Source: Phascolarctobacterium sp.
Lineage (GTDB): Bacteria > Bacillota > Negativicutes > Acidaminococcales > Acidaminococcaceae
DNA length: 64,000 bases
Assembly (NCBI GenBank): GCA_030523325.1
Contig: JAUNIS010000001.1
Span: 70,251-134,250 of the forward strand
Direction: 5' to 3'
Positions 24,749 to 33,894 of the stretch are shown one piece after another. Both the position numbers and the translations under genes were made by a program. A model generated the notes under the pieces. The model saw nothing but the letters and a program-made list of their open reading frames with translations, did no database searches and was not told where the DNA came from. How positions within the stretch are numbered: the stretch's first letter is position 1; every line of letters starts with the position of its first letter.

Positions 24749-27346
24749 CTATTTGGCCTCGGCCCAATTTTTGCCGAAAGCAACCTCTGCTTCGAGAGGG
24801 ATTTCCATAATATAAGCATTTTCCATAGCCGTCTTAACAATATTGGCCGCTTGTTCTTTTTCATTTTCAGGAACTTCTAAAACTAATTCGTCGTGTACTT
24901 GCAGTAAGATGCGAGACTTCAGTCCTGCTTCCTTAAGGGCAGCGTCGACCTTGAGCATGGCTAGCTTCATAATATCGGCAGCCGTTCCTTGGATGGGCGT
25001 GTTGATAGCAGTCCTTTCTGCAAAGCTACGCAGATTAAAATTGCTGTGCTTAATATCTGGCAAGTAACGTCTGCGACCCATCAGGGTTGACACGTAACCT
25101 TGCATTCTTGCTTTTGCGACGATGTCAGTCATGTATTCCTTGACGCCCGTGTAACGAGCAAAGTATGAGTCGATATAGCCTTGGGCTTCCTTACGACTTA
25201 CATCAAGCTGGGTTGCAAGGCCAAAGTCACTAATGCCATAGACAATGCCAAAATTAACAGCTTTTGCTCTCGAACGCATGGATTTCGTAACAGCGTCTAA
25301 GCTTACCCCAAATACCTCAGAAGCAGTACGCGCATGTACATCCTGATTATTTTTGAAGGAGTCGATTAACAAATGATCTTGAGCGATGCAAGCAAGAATT
25401 CTCAGTTCAACCTGGGAATAGTCGCAGCTCATCAAATAATCAAAGCCATCGCCCGGCACAAAAATGCGACGAATTTCTTTGCCTTCTTCCGTACGAGTAG
25501 GAATGTTTTGCAAGTTCGGGTTCACAGAGCTTAAGCGGCCTGTAACCGTAACCGTTTGTTGGAAGGTTGTGTGAATACGGGCTGTCTTGGGATTGACAAG
25601 CGGACGCAATCCTTCGAGGTAAGTACTTTGCAATTTTGCAAGCTTGCGATGTTCTAAAATTATATTGATGATAGGATGCTCGCCCTTGAGAGCTTCTAAA
25701 ACCTTTGCATCAGTACTGTAGCCGGTTTTCGTTTTCTTTTGTACAGGCAGACCCAATTTTTCAAATAAAAGCACACCCAATTGTTTGGTGGATTTAATAT
25801 TGAATTCTTCACCCGCAACCTCGTAAGCTTGCTTTTCTAAATTGGCAATGCGGAAAGTCATATCCTCGTTCAATTGGTCCAACAAAACCGTGTCGGGGAC
25901 AATGCCAATATTCTCCATCTCGGCTAAAACTTTTGTTAATGGAAGTTCTAGCTCTTCATATAATCTAACTTGGGCGCGCAGCGCTAGTTGCTCACGCAGT
26001 ACCGGAATTAAGAGAGCAATATTTTCTGCTTCGTTTTTAAACGTATTGTTCAAGTATCTATCTGCAAGATCTTTTACTTCGTAGGAGGAAAGACCTGCGT
26101 CAACCAAATAAGCTGCGATAGCAACATCATCCACAATGCCTTTGACTTCTTTTTTCGAGCACAGACAAACCTTGTAAATATCTTTAGCATTAGCCGTCGC
26201 CTTCTTGGATGCTTCATCGCTAAGCCAAGTCATGAAAGCATCCCAAGCCGAACTCATGGTATCGATTGTGTAAAGCTTGTCTTCGAAATAAAGCTCTGCA
26301 TAATCAAAATAAAGCTCAGGAATTGTTCCTGCAGTTTTTACGGCAAAAGAAATCACTTGACCTGTGGTTTTAAGCTTTGCAAAAAAATCTCGGGCTTGCT
26401 CGTCGCTGACAAGTTCTTCTTTAGGAGTCTCAACTAAGTCAACCAATTCGCCAAATAAATCGAAGCTATCTTCATTTCCCCCAAGCACTGCCGCAAAACG
26501 CTCGTACATGTTGCGGAACTCCAATTCTTTGAGTAAAGGCTGTGCTTCTTCTCGGATTCTGCACAATGCATATGCATCGATATTTAAATCCACGGGAGCT
26601 TCTAAATAAATTGTAGCTAATTTTTTGGAAAGCAACGCGGACTCTTTATTTTCTGCTAGCTTTTGCTTTAAGCTTTTGCCATTAACCTTGTCAATATTTT
26701 CTAAAACAGTTTCCACGTCGCCATATTCTTTAATAAGCTTGAGTGCTGTCTTAGGACCAACCCCTGGTACGCCTGGAATGTTATCGCTAGCGTCTCCCAT
26801 GAGCCCTTTTAGTTCGATAAGCTGCTTGGGCACGAGTCCTTCGTAAACCTCCGCGAATTCTGCTTCATCAAAAATTTGGATATCAGTGATACCGCGCTTC
26901 GTGTAATAAACCTTGGTACGTTTGTCGATTAACTGCAGCTCATCCTTGTCGCCTGTTACAACAATAACTTCCACATCAGCGGGTGCATGCTTTGCAAATG
27001 TACCAATGATGTCATCGGCCTCGTAGTCGTCGAGTTCCAGATTCTTAATGCCGATGGCGTCGAGAACCTTCATGGAGAGAGGAAACTGTTCGCCCAGCTC
27101 GGGTGGAGTCGGTTTGCGTTGTCCCTTGTAATCTGGATACATTAGGGTACGAAAAGTTTTACGCGATTTATCAAAGGCAACAGCCATATATTTAGGATTG
27201 ACATCTTCGATTAATTTTAAAAGCATATTGCACAAGCCGTATACGGCTCCGGTGTTAACGCCATTTTTATTTACCAGAGGAGGCAGAGCAAAGAATGCTC
27301 TATGGATGAGGCTTGAACCATCGATGAGCAAAAATTTATCAGCCAT
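24749..27346 (-). CDS. polA: DNA polymerase I
   Basis: 865 aa. 5'-nuclease N-terminus (LLIDGSSLIHRAFFALP). Pol motifs DYSQVELRILA, RRxAKAVNFGIVYG, QVHDELVLE. Confidence 0.95.
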   Translation of the reverse strand: MADKFLLIDGSSLIHRAFFALPPLVNKNGVNTGAVYGLCNMLLKLIEDVNPKYMAVAFDKSRKTFRTLMYPDYKGQRKPTPPELGEQFPLSMKVLDAIGIKNLELDDYEADDIIGTFAKHAPADVEVIVVTGDKDELQLIDKRTKVYYTKRGITDIQIFDEAEFAEVYEGLVPKQLIELKGLMGDASDNIPGVPGVGPKTALKLIKEYGDVETVLENIDKVNGKSLKQKLAENKESALLSKKLATIYLEAPVDLNIDAYALCRIREEAQPLLKELEFRNMYERFAAVLGGNEDSFDLFGELVDLVETPKEELVSDEQARDFFAKLKTTGQVISFAVKTAGTIPELYFDYAELYFEDKLYTIDTMSSAWDAFMTWLSDEASKKATANAKDIYKVCLCSKKEVKGIVDDVAIAAYLVDAGLSSYEVKDLADRYLNNTFKNEAENIALLIPVLREQLALRAQVRLYEELELPLTKVLAEMENIGIVPDTVLLDQLNEDMTFRIANLEKQAYEVAGEEFNIKSTKQLGVLLFEKLGLPVQKKTKTGYSTDAKVLEALKGEHPIINIILEHRKLAKLQSTYLEGLRPLVNPKTARIHTTFQQTVTVTGRLSSVNPNLQNIPTRTEEGKEIRRIFVPGDGFDYLMSCDYSQVELRILACIAQDHLLIDSFKNNQDVHARTASEVFGVSLDAVTKSMRSRAKAVNFGIVYGISDFGLATQLDVSRKEAQGYIDSYFARYTGVKEYMTDIVAKARMQGYVSTLMGRRRYLPDIKHSNFNLRSFAERTAINTPIQGTAADIMKLAMLKVDAALKEAGLKSRILLQVHDELVLEVPENEKEQAANIVKTAMENAYIMEIPLEAEVAFGKNWAEAK

Positions 27347-27447
27347 AGTCTTGCTCCTTTCAGTCGCAATCTATTATGTTTTTTAATACATCTAACTTAC
27401 TAATTATATGATAAATCACAGAATTATTCTACTAGAAAATTCACCGC

Positions 27448-27484
27448 AAATAAAAAGAGCCTCTGGGAAAAATCCCACAAGCTC
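27448..27484 (-). terminator. Terminator after the DUF2905 gene
   Basis: Minus strand GAGCTTGTGGGA-TTTTT-CCCAGAGGCTC (one mismatch) followed by TTTTTATTT. Confidence 0.55.
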
Positions 27485-27512
27485 AAATTTAATTTAAAAA
27501 AATTTTCCCGTA

Positions 27513-27719
27513 TTATCTGAAGAAACTGAAAATAATATTTAGAATGATGCTGATGATAATGCAGCTAGCTAAAGGAAAATAAAAAGAGCTATTGCCACTA
27601 GACCATTTGAAATCTCCAGGTAAGTTGCCGAAATCTATGAATTTGCCGCCAAACTGCATGATGCAGCCAACGACAATTAAAACGATGCCTAAATTAATTA
27701 ACGTTTTCCCCATGGCCAT
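27513..27719 (-). CDS. DUF2905-family small membrane protein
   Basis: 68 aa. GKTLINLGIVLIVVG...GNLPGDFKW... pattern with two TM helices. Confidence 0.65.
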   Translation of the reverse strand: MAMGKTLINLGIVLIVVGCIMQFGGKFIDFGNLPGDFKWSSGNSSFYFPLASCIIISIILNIIFSFFR

Positions 27720-27879
27720 ACCTCCGAAAGAATTCTTCTATAAAAAATTAGTAAATCTCTTTTTGTTAACACATTATTTTCGTGCGTATTTTTTGTGTGC
27801 ATTATTCTTAGACAATTTCTTTTCAGAAATATTATATCACAACGGAAAAAACTTTTTTGTAAATCGCAAAAAAATATAA

Positions 27880-27907
27880 GGAGCTCGTCTTCTAAGAGAT
27901 GAGCTCC
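27880..27907 (-). terminator. Terminator after the bicupin gene
   Basis: GGAGCTC - 14-nt loop - GAGCTCC. On the minus strand a T-rich tract (TTATATTTTTTT) follows. Confidence 0.55.
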
Positions 27908-27918
27908 AAAAAAATTAC

Positions 27919-28827
27919 TTAAGGCAGATATTTATATTTTTCTTTTGGTAAAAATTCTAGCCATTCAACCGTATGTTTTCCCGCAGGACTAATCGCTAAG
28001 TGAGCAAATTTACTATTGGGAGCAGCACCATGCCAATGAGTTTTTCCGGGCGGGCAGTAAGCTACATCACCGGGATACATCACTTGAACCTCGCCGTGTG
28101 AAAGCTGATGCAGACCAATCCCGTCGGTAGCGATGAGGATTTGTCCTTCTCCGTGAGTGTGCCATCTATTGTAAACGCCTTTGCCGAAGGCAACGTATGC
28201 CCAAGCAGGAGAACCAGCGGCATTTTCTTTATCAACTACGCGTTTTAAATAAACGGGTTTAGTAAAGTTAGGAGATTTATATTTTTCTTTAGGCAGGTTA
28301 AAAGTCCATTCTTTAGAAACCTTGCCCTCGTAGGTAGGCGCGTCTACAAATTTTAAAGCAGCATATTCTTCATCGGTAACCTTGCCCTTGTGAACTTGCA
28401 AACCTTCCGGAGCCTTCCAATTCTTATCGTAAATAACTAATTGTTGGAAGCGAGAATTTTTTGTTGCTCCATGCCAATGGCTGACACCAGCAGGAATCTC
28501 AACTACGTCTCCCTTGCGAATGAGAACAGCTGGCTTGCCATATTCTTGGTAAATGCCCTCGCCCTCAACGCCAATAATAACCATACCACCGTGAACATGC
28601 CAACCACTTCTTGAGCCGGGTTCAAAAGAAATACAGTTAGTTTGAGGAATTTTGTAAGTATCGTCCAAGTTAATTAAATCGTTACGATGAACTGTCCCAG
28701 TAAAGCGAGCAGAAACATCGTTACCCAAAGGGAAGCGATAATCGTTTGTCTTCGCAAAAGCCAGCGAGGCAACGGTGCACAGAGCCAGGGTCAGAGCAAC
28801 TGTTTTGAATTTAAGCATACGTTTCAC
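27919..28827 (-). CDS. Secreted bicupin protein
   Basis: 302 aa. Signal peptide MKRMLKFKTVALTLALCTVASLAFA. Two cupin modules (GWHVHGG...SHWHGA and RWHTHGEG...THWHGA). Confidence 0.75.
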   Translation of the reverse strand: MKRMLKFKTVALTLALCTVASLAFAKTNDYRFPLGNDVSARFTGTVHRNDLINLDDTYKIPQTNCISFEPGSRSGWHVHGGMVIIGVEGEGIYQEYGKPAVLIRKGDVVEIPAGVSHWHGATKNSRFQQLVIYDKNWKAPEGLQVHKGKVTDEEYAALKFVDAPTYEGKVSKEWTFNLPKEKYKSPNFTKPVYLKRVVDKENAAGSPAWAYVAFGKGVYNRWHTHGEGQILIATDGIGLHQLSHGEVQVMYPGDVAYCPPGKTHWHGAAPNSKFAHLAISPAGKHTVEWLEFLPKEKYKYLP

Positions 28828-28892
28828 TCCTTTATTTAGATTATACGTATATCATACAAGTTAAAGTGAACTTTAAGTCAAGAAAATTTTTT

Positions 28893-28945
28893 GATACAAA
28901 TACCCATCCTCGCAAAACGACGATGGGTATTAAGATTTTTATTCG
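28893..28945. repeat. Terminator-containing repeat, copy 1
   Basis: GATACAAATACCCATCCTCGCAAAACGACGATGGGTATTAAGATTTTTATTCG is near-identical to 29586..29638. It includes the hairpin ATACCCATC...GATGGGTAT and the stop codon of the next gene. Confidence 0.8.
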
Positions 28946-29571
28946 GGGAATAACAATTGCAAAATATGTACGACGTCAGCTCCGCCATCCTTTAAAGCTA
29001 CGTAACAAGCGTTGCATGAGCATACGATTCTTTGCGTTGTAATTTTTTTTGCGTGTTGTTTAAGAAACTCACTGCGTTCTTCTGCAGTCATAACAGTATT
29101 TTTTGTAAGTGGTACAAAATGTTTGGGTGCTGTCCGCACATTGGCAGCCTTGGGTGCAATAGTTACAAGATTACAAAAATCGGCTTTATCTCTATTGTTG
29201 GGCAGCTCCACTACTTGAAAGTTCATGCGTTCTAACAATGTACGCACGGCTTGCTGAGAAGCAGTACGCTCTCTAGCCATACAACAATCTTGTACGGTGA
29301 TTGCCTCGCCGTGATAGTCTGGAAAAACAAATTGTTCATCTTCGACAATATATTCCCAAGCGTATTTTATTTTTTTAGCGGCACTGCTTTCTTCGATGAT
29401 CGAAGCACAAGTATTACAAACTACTACTGCCGTATCAGAGTCAGTCAAAGTTTGATGATTGATGCGACAACAACCCGTAGAAGGAATATGGAAACGCTCA
29501 AGTAAATATTTTGTGAGCTGCTCATCTTCCTTGGAGAATGCAGCACTTACTCCACAACTAGGAAAAAACAT
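28939..29571 (-). CDS. Cysteine-rich protein, weakly CCG-domain-like (HdrB/GlpC/LutA style)
   Basis: About 210 aa with FFPSCG...GCCRINH...CNTC and QDCCMAR...CSCNAC. ATG at 29571 with GGAG upstream. Confidence 0.4.
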   Translation of the reverse strand: MFFPSCGVSAAFSKEDEQLTKYLLERFHIPSTGCCRINHQTLTDSDTAVVVCNTCASIIEESSAAKKIKYAWEYIVEDEQFVFPDYHGEAITVQDCCMARERTASQQAVRTLLERMNFQVVELPNNRDKADFCNLVTIAPKAANVRTAPKHFVPLTKNTVMTAEERSEFLKQHAKKITTQRIVCSCNACYVALKDGGADVVHILQLLFPE

Positions 29572-29585
29572 TTTTTCATCTCCTC

Positions 29586-29638
29586 GATACAAATACCCAT
29601 CCTCGCAGGGCGACGATGGGTATTAATATTTTATTCGT
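29586..29638. repeat. Terminator-containing repeat, copy 2
   Basis: GATACAAATACCCATCCTCGCAGGGCGACGATGGGTATTAATATTTTATTCG. Differs from copy 1 mainly in the loop (AAA vs GGG). Confidence 0.8.
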
Positions 29639-30944
29639 GTAACTTACTGTTTTTTCTGCCCTCGGCTATCGCCGCATTGCAATCCTTGTCGATAAGTTCT
29701 GCTGCTTGCTCGGGAGTCAGCCTGCCTTCTAGCATCTCGTGAATGGGAACCCAGAACACATTACGCACGCCGCGCCAGTTAGGATTGTTACCAGTTACAT
29801 TAATAATGTTGGCGCTGTTTTCCGCAAAAAGTTTTAATTCCGGTTGCTTTTCCGCAAAACGTGATACAACCTTCTTGCTCACAGGCAAAGCTCCTGCAGA
29901 ATAATCCATCAGTTCATCGCTTGCGTAAATAAATTTGATGAACTCCTTGGACCATTTTAACTTGGCAGCATTTTTATTATCGAAAACCTCGAAGCCTGAG
30001 AGGAACGAGCTGGCAAAACCTTTTCCATCATGACCAGGGAAATTTACGTAACCATATTGTTCCTTAGGATACCTGCTTTTAATAGCATTATTATAAACAT
30101 TAATGGTCAGCTTTTTATTTTGGTTCAGCATCATGCAATCCTTGATTTGTAAAAACTGACACTCATGAGGGAAGTAACCTTTTTTATTTCCTTCTTGTAA
30201 CCAACGCAAGGCTTGAATGCCTTCGGGAGTATTGACGTGGAAATTACCTTTGTCATCGAAAAATTTTGCACCCTTGCTGCGTAAATACACCATGGTATGC
30301 GTATCGCCCTGCTCGTTCTTTGCATACATCATCAGCGGCGCAGCTCCATTAGGTTTTTTAGCAGCCAACGTACTGAGAATTTCTTCCCATTCAGCATCCG
30401 TCCAATGTTGAAGACTTCCGTCATCCTTAACAAATTTATCCAAGCCAGCTGCTCGCATCTGGGACTTTTCGTAAGCCAAAATGTTTTGCATATCGTAGTA
30501 AGGCATCATATAAGTCTTGCCGTTTACCTTGCTCATTTGCCAGCGATGTTCGTCGATATCCTGTTGCATTGCCGGTGTAATAATATCGTCCAAGGGCACG
30601 ACGCGACCGGTATAAATGTAGCTGGACATATTGAAATAATTTTCAAAGAGAACATCAGGCGCGTTAGGTTTGTCGAAGGTTGCTTTGATAGCCTTGTCTT
30701 CATCCCTAACCTGGAAAACTTCCACGTTACAGGTAACTTTATCTTTAGCGTGCAGCTTATTAAATGCTTCGGCCGCTCTACGAATAATTTCTGGTGCGCC
30801 GTTAACATGTTTGCCGCTATTTATATCTACAGAAAGTCCTGACACCTTCACGTTAATCGTCACTGGCTCAGCTGCCTTCTGGGAGCTGCAGCCGGCTAGC
30901 ACACATAACATTACCATACTGACTCCCGCTAAAATTTTTTTCAC
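29631..30944 (-). CDS. Extracellular solute-binding lipoprotein (ABC-type SBP, family-1-like), paralogue A
   Basis: 437 aa with lipobox LAGCSS and SBP-like length and composition. The C-terminal 50 aa is nearly identical to 32408..33733 (…DCNAAIAEGRKNSKLHE). Confidence 0.75.
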   Translation of the reverse strand: MKKILAGVSMVMLCVLAGCSSQKAAEPVTINVKVSGLSVDINSGKHVNGAPEIIRRAAEAFNKLHAKDKVTCNVEVFQVRDEDKAIKATFDKPNAPDVLFENYFNMSSYIYTGRVVPLDDIITPAMQQDIDEHRWQMSKVNGKTYMMPYYDMQNILAYEKSQMRAAGLDKFVKDDGSLQHWTDAEWEEILSTLAAKKPNGAAPLMMYAKNEQGDTHTMVYLRSKGAKFFDDKGNFHVNTPEGIQALRWLQEGNKKGYFPHECQFLQIKDCMMLNQNKKLTINVYNNAIKSRYPKEQYGYVNFPGHDGKGFASSFLSGFEVFDNKNAAKLKWSKEFIKFIYASDELMDYSAGALPVSKKVVSRFAEKQPELKLFAENSANIINVTGNNPNWRGVRNVFWVPIHEMLEGRLTPEQAAELIDKDCNAAIAEGRKNSKLHE

Positions 30945-30980
30945 ATCCTCACCTACTCCCCAACTCGCACTAAAATTTTT

Positions 30981-32351
30981 TTAGAACATAAATACTAATT
31001 CACTCCAAACAGTGCGTTCTTGTTTATTTTCAACTAAACGATTGTCTCTATCTTTAACATGAATGTAACGTACTGCGGCTGTAACATTTTTTGCTAAGCA
31101 AAGCTTGAGACCAGTTTCCCAGCCTTTGAAACCATCGGTCGTATAACCCCAAGAGCTTTGATACCACTTGCCATCTTTTTCGTAAGCGCCACCGCCTGCG
31201 TAAGAATTTCTGTCCGGCAAAGAGCAGAAGCCCGTATAAATAACAGGAGAATAATAAGTTGATAACGGTCTATCGTAGTAGGTCGCATAAAGTTGCCAAG
31301 AACCTGGTTTCTTAAAAGACATGGTTCCGTAATATGCGCCTAAGCAATAACCAAAATTATCGTTGCCTTGCATAACAGGAGCTAGCTCCTCGCCAACTTT
31401 CTGGTCACCGTAATAACCTGCAGTCATGAGTTCCCACTTACTGCCAACCTTTGTTCTTACGTCGAGCTCGTGAATTTTACGTCCGTAGCTACCACTCGTA
31501 TGATAGAAGCGATAGGTAGGTGTCACAGCACCAATACGTTTTGAAATACCAGCCATTACAGACGTATGACTATCCCATTGCTTAGCACTGCCCAATACGT
31601 AAGGATCGTTAAAAGAATCACCGCTGCCCTGGAGCGCATTCATGTGACCATTTTCTGCCATGCCGCGTACAGCGAAGCCTTCTAAGTAAACCTTGTCAGG
31701 CTTGCCCCATTCAGCGTATACGCCTGATACGTTGGAGTCGAAAACATGATAATACGTAAAGCCTTGTCGACCTAAACGAATATGTAAATCGCGATTGCGG
31801 TAATCCACATGAGCTTGGTTCAAATAAAGTCTTTCGTGCCAACCATTTTTCTTTACGGCTTCATCGATGGCACCATTTGTTCTATAGTCGTTTTGTAAAC
31901 GTACGGTGTAAGTAAAATGATCGTTCATGCGACCACTAACCCACAAAAGATTACGCATACGTCCTTCAGAGAAACTGTCGTTAGGTTTAATAGCTTTATA
32001 AGAAAAACGAATATGTCCATTAATCCAAACGTTGCCAGTTTTTTTCTCAAGGTTTTCTACACGCACGCCTAATTTATTTAATTCGTCAGCGAATTCTGCG
32101 GACAGCTTGCCAACATCTGCACCTCTTGCCATAGCTCTAGCGACGATTTGCGCCATCTCGTAGCGAGTCATAATCTGATTGCCAGCGAAATTCCCGTCGC
32201 CATAGCCCTCAATAACTCCTTGAGCCGCCAGTTTATCAATGCTATCATATGCCCAATGACCACTCGGCACATCGTCAAAAGGATTCGCTGCCATAGCCGT
32301 GCAGCTCGCCATCATCAACCCCAAAGTAATTGCGTAACTTAATTTTTTCAT
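30981..32351 (-). CDS. SLH-domain outer-membrane porin (OmpM/Mep45-type)
   Basis: Signal peptide, then SLH motif FDDVPSGHWAYDSIDKLAAQGVIEGYGDGNFAGNQIMTRYEMAQIVARAM, a short coiled coil, an alternating beta-strand barrel and a terminal F. ATG at 32351 preferred. Confidence 0.8.
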   Translation of the reverse strand: MKKLSYAITLGLMMASCTAMAANPFDDVPSGHWAYDSIDKLAAQGVIEGYGDGNFAGNQIMTRYEMAQIVARAMARGADVGKLSAEFADELNKLGVRVENLEKKTGNVWINGHIRFSYKAIKPNDSFSEGRMRNLLWVSGRMNDHFTYTVRLQNDYRTNGAIDEAVKKNGWHERLYLNQAHVDYRNRDLHIRLGRQGFTYYHVFDSNVSGVYAEWGKPDKVYLEGFAVRGMAENGHMNALQGSGDSFNDPYVLGSAKQWDSHTSVMAGISKRIGAVTPTYRFYHTSGSYGRKIHELDVRTKVGSKWELMTAGYYGDQKVGEELAPVMQGNDNFGYCLGAYYGTMSFKKPGSWQLYATYYDRPLSTYYSPVIYTGFCSLPDRNSYAGGGAYEKDGKWYQSSWGYTTDGFKGWETGLKLCLAKNVTAAVRYIHVKDRDNRLVENKQERTVWSELVFMF

Positions 32352-32407
32352 AACATACATCTCTCTTTGCAAATATAAAATTTTTATTTTAAATTCTCTG
32401 AAAAAAA

Positions 32408-33733
32408 TTATTCGTGCAGCTTACTGTTCTTTCTGCCTTCGGCAATGGCTGCGTTACAATCGGCGTCAATTTTTGCTGCGGCCTGAGCCGGAGTCAAGCG
32501 TCCGTCCATCAAAGCGTTGATTGGTTTCCAGAAAACATTGCGCACGCCTCGCCAGTTAGGATTATTAGCCGTAAAATCGACGAGCGTTGCTTGGTTATCC
32601 GTAAAACGTTTAATCTCTGGTAGCTTTTCTTGATGTCTTGCGATAACTTTTTTACTATACGGAATGGCTCCCATAGAATAGTCCATATATTTATCGCTGT
32701 TATAAATAAATTTTACGAATTCTTTGGACCATTTTAATTTTTCGGGATTTTTATTATCGAATACTTCAAAGCCGCTGATGAATGCGCTGCTCAAACCCTT
32801 GCCGTTGTTACCAGGGAAGTTGACGAAGCTTAAGTCTTCGATTTTAATTTTTCCATTATAACTATTATTGAAAATGAAGAGAGCTAACTTGCCGCTGTAA
32901 CCCAATTGTACGGAGTCGCCTATTTGCAAATTTTCACAGCCAGCGGGAAAATAACCTTTTTTGTTGGCGTCCTGCAACCATTTCAAGGTCGCAATGCCTT
33001 CCGGCGTATTCAAATTAAAATTGCCTTTGTCGTCAAAAAATTTGCAGCCCCTGCTACGCAATAAAACCATGGTATGGGTATCGCCTTGTTCATTTTTTGC
33101 GTACATGGGATAAGGGAAGGCGCCGTTAGGTTTTTTCGCCGCTAAAGTATCTAATACCTCGGTCCACTCAGCTTCGGTCCAGGATTGAACTTTATAAATA
33201 TCGTCCACAACATATTTATCTAAGCCTGCTTGCCTAAATAAATTTTTATTGATAGCCAAAACATTGTGGTGACCAAAATAAGGCAACATATAAAGCTTGC
33301 CGTTAATCGTGCTTTGCTGCATGGCTCCTGCGTCCAGGTCAGCCTTTTGCTCTGCCGTCAGGACATCGTCTAATGGTACTACGCGACCCGTGTGGATGTA
33401 GCTATTCATATTAAAGTAGCCTTCCATTAGCACGTCGGTAGCGTCCGGTGTATCAAAAGTTTTAGTAATAAAAGCATCCTCATCTTTATAAGGGAATTTT
33501 ACCAGTTTAATTTTTACGTTATCCTTGGCGTGTTGTTTTTCAAAATCTTCTGCGACCATTTGCAACATAGCGTAAGTGTCTTTAATGTTAACAACTTTAT
33601 TTTGGGCAAAGGACAGAGTAGGAGTTTTAACATTAATGATTATAGGCCCCGAGGATTTTTTACCCCCCCCACAGCCAGACAAAAGCGTTATCACACTTAA
33701 CGCTACGGCAAAGCCGATAAATTTTTTCTTCAT
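32408..33733 (-). CDS. Extracellular solute-binding lipoprotein, paralogue B
   Basis: About 441 aa with lipobox LLSGCGG, colinear with paralogue A. ATG at 33733 with AGGAGG upstream. Confidence 0.75.
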   Translation of the reverse strand: MKKKFIGFAVALSVITLLSGCGGGKKSSGPIIINVKTPTLSFAQNKVVNIKDTYAMLQMVAEDFEKQHAKDNVKIKLVKFPYKDEDAFITKTFDTPDATDVLMEGYFNMNSYIHTGRVVPLDDVLTAEQKADLDAGAMQQSTINGKLYMLPYFGHHNVLAINKNLFRQAGLDKYVVDDIYKVQSWTEAEWTEVLDTLAAKKPNGAFPYPMYAKNEQGDTHTMVLLRSRGCKFFDDKGNFNLNTPEGIATLKWLQDANKKGYFPAGCENLQIGDSVQLGYSGKLALFIFNNSYNGKIKIEDLSFVNFPGNNGKGLSSAFISGFEVFDNKNPEKLKWSKEFVKFIYNSDKYMDYSMGAIPYSKKVIARHQEKLPEIKRFTDNQATLVDFTANNPNWRGVRNVFWKPINALMDGRLTPAQAAAKIDADCNAAIAEGRKNSKLHE

Positions 33734-33894
33734 TCTACACACCTCCTAACAGTTAACCTTTAAGAGCTTGTCTGAAAAATTTTTCCAACCTGCTTCTCTT
33801 ACAATTAGCTGCGCTTCTACAAATAACAAATTTAAACTAGCTTAGTTTGAACTAAGAATCCCTCGCGAGAAAAAATATTTTACGAACTGCTTAA

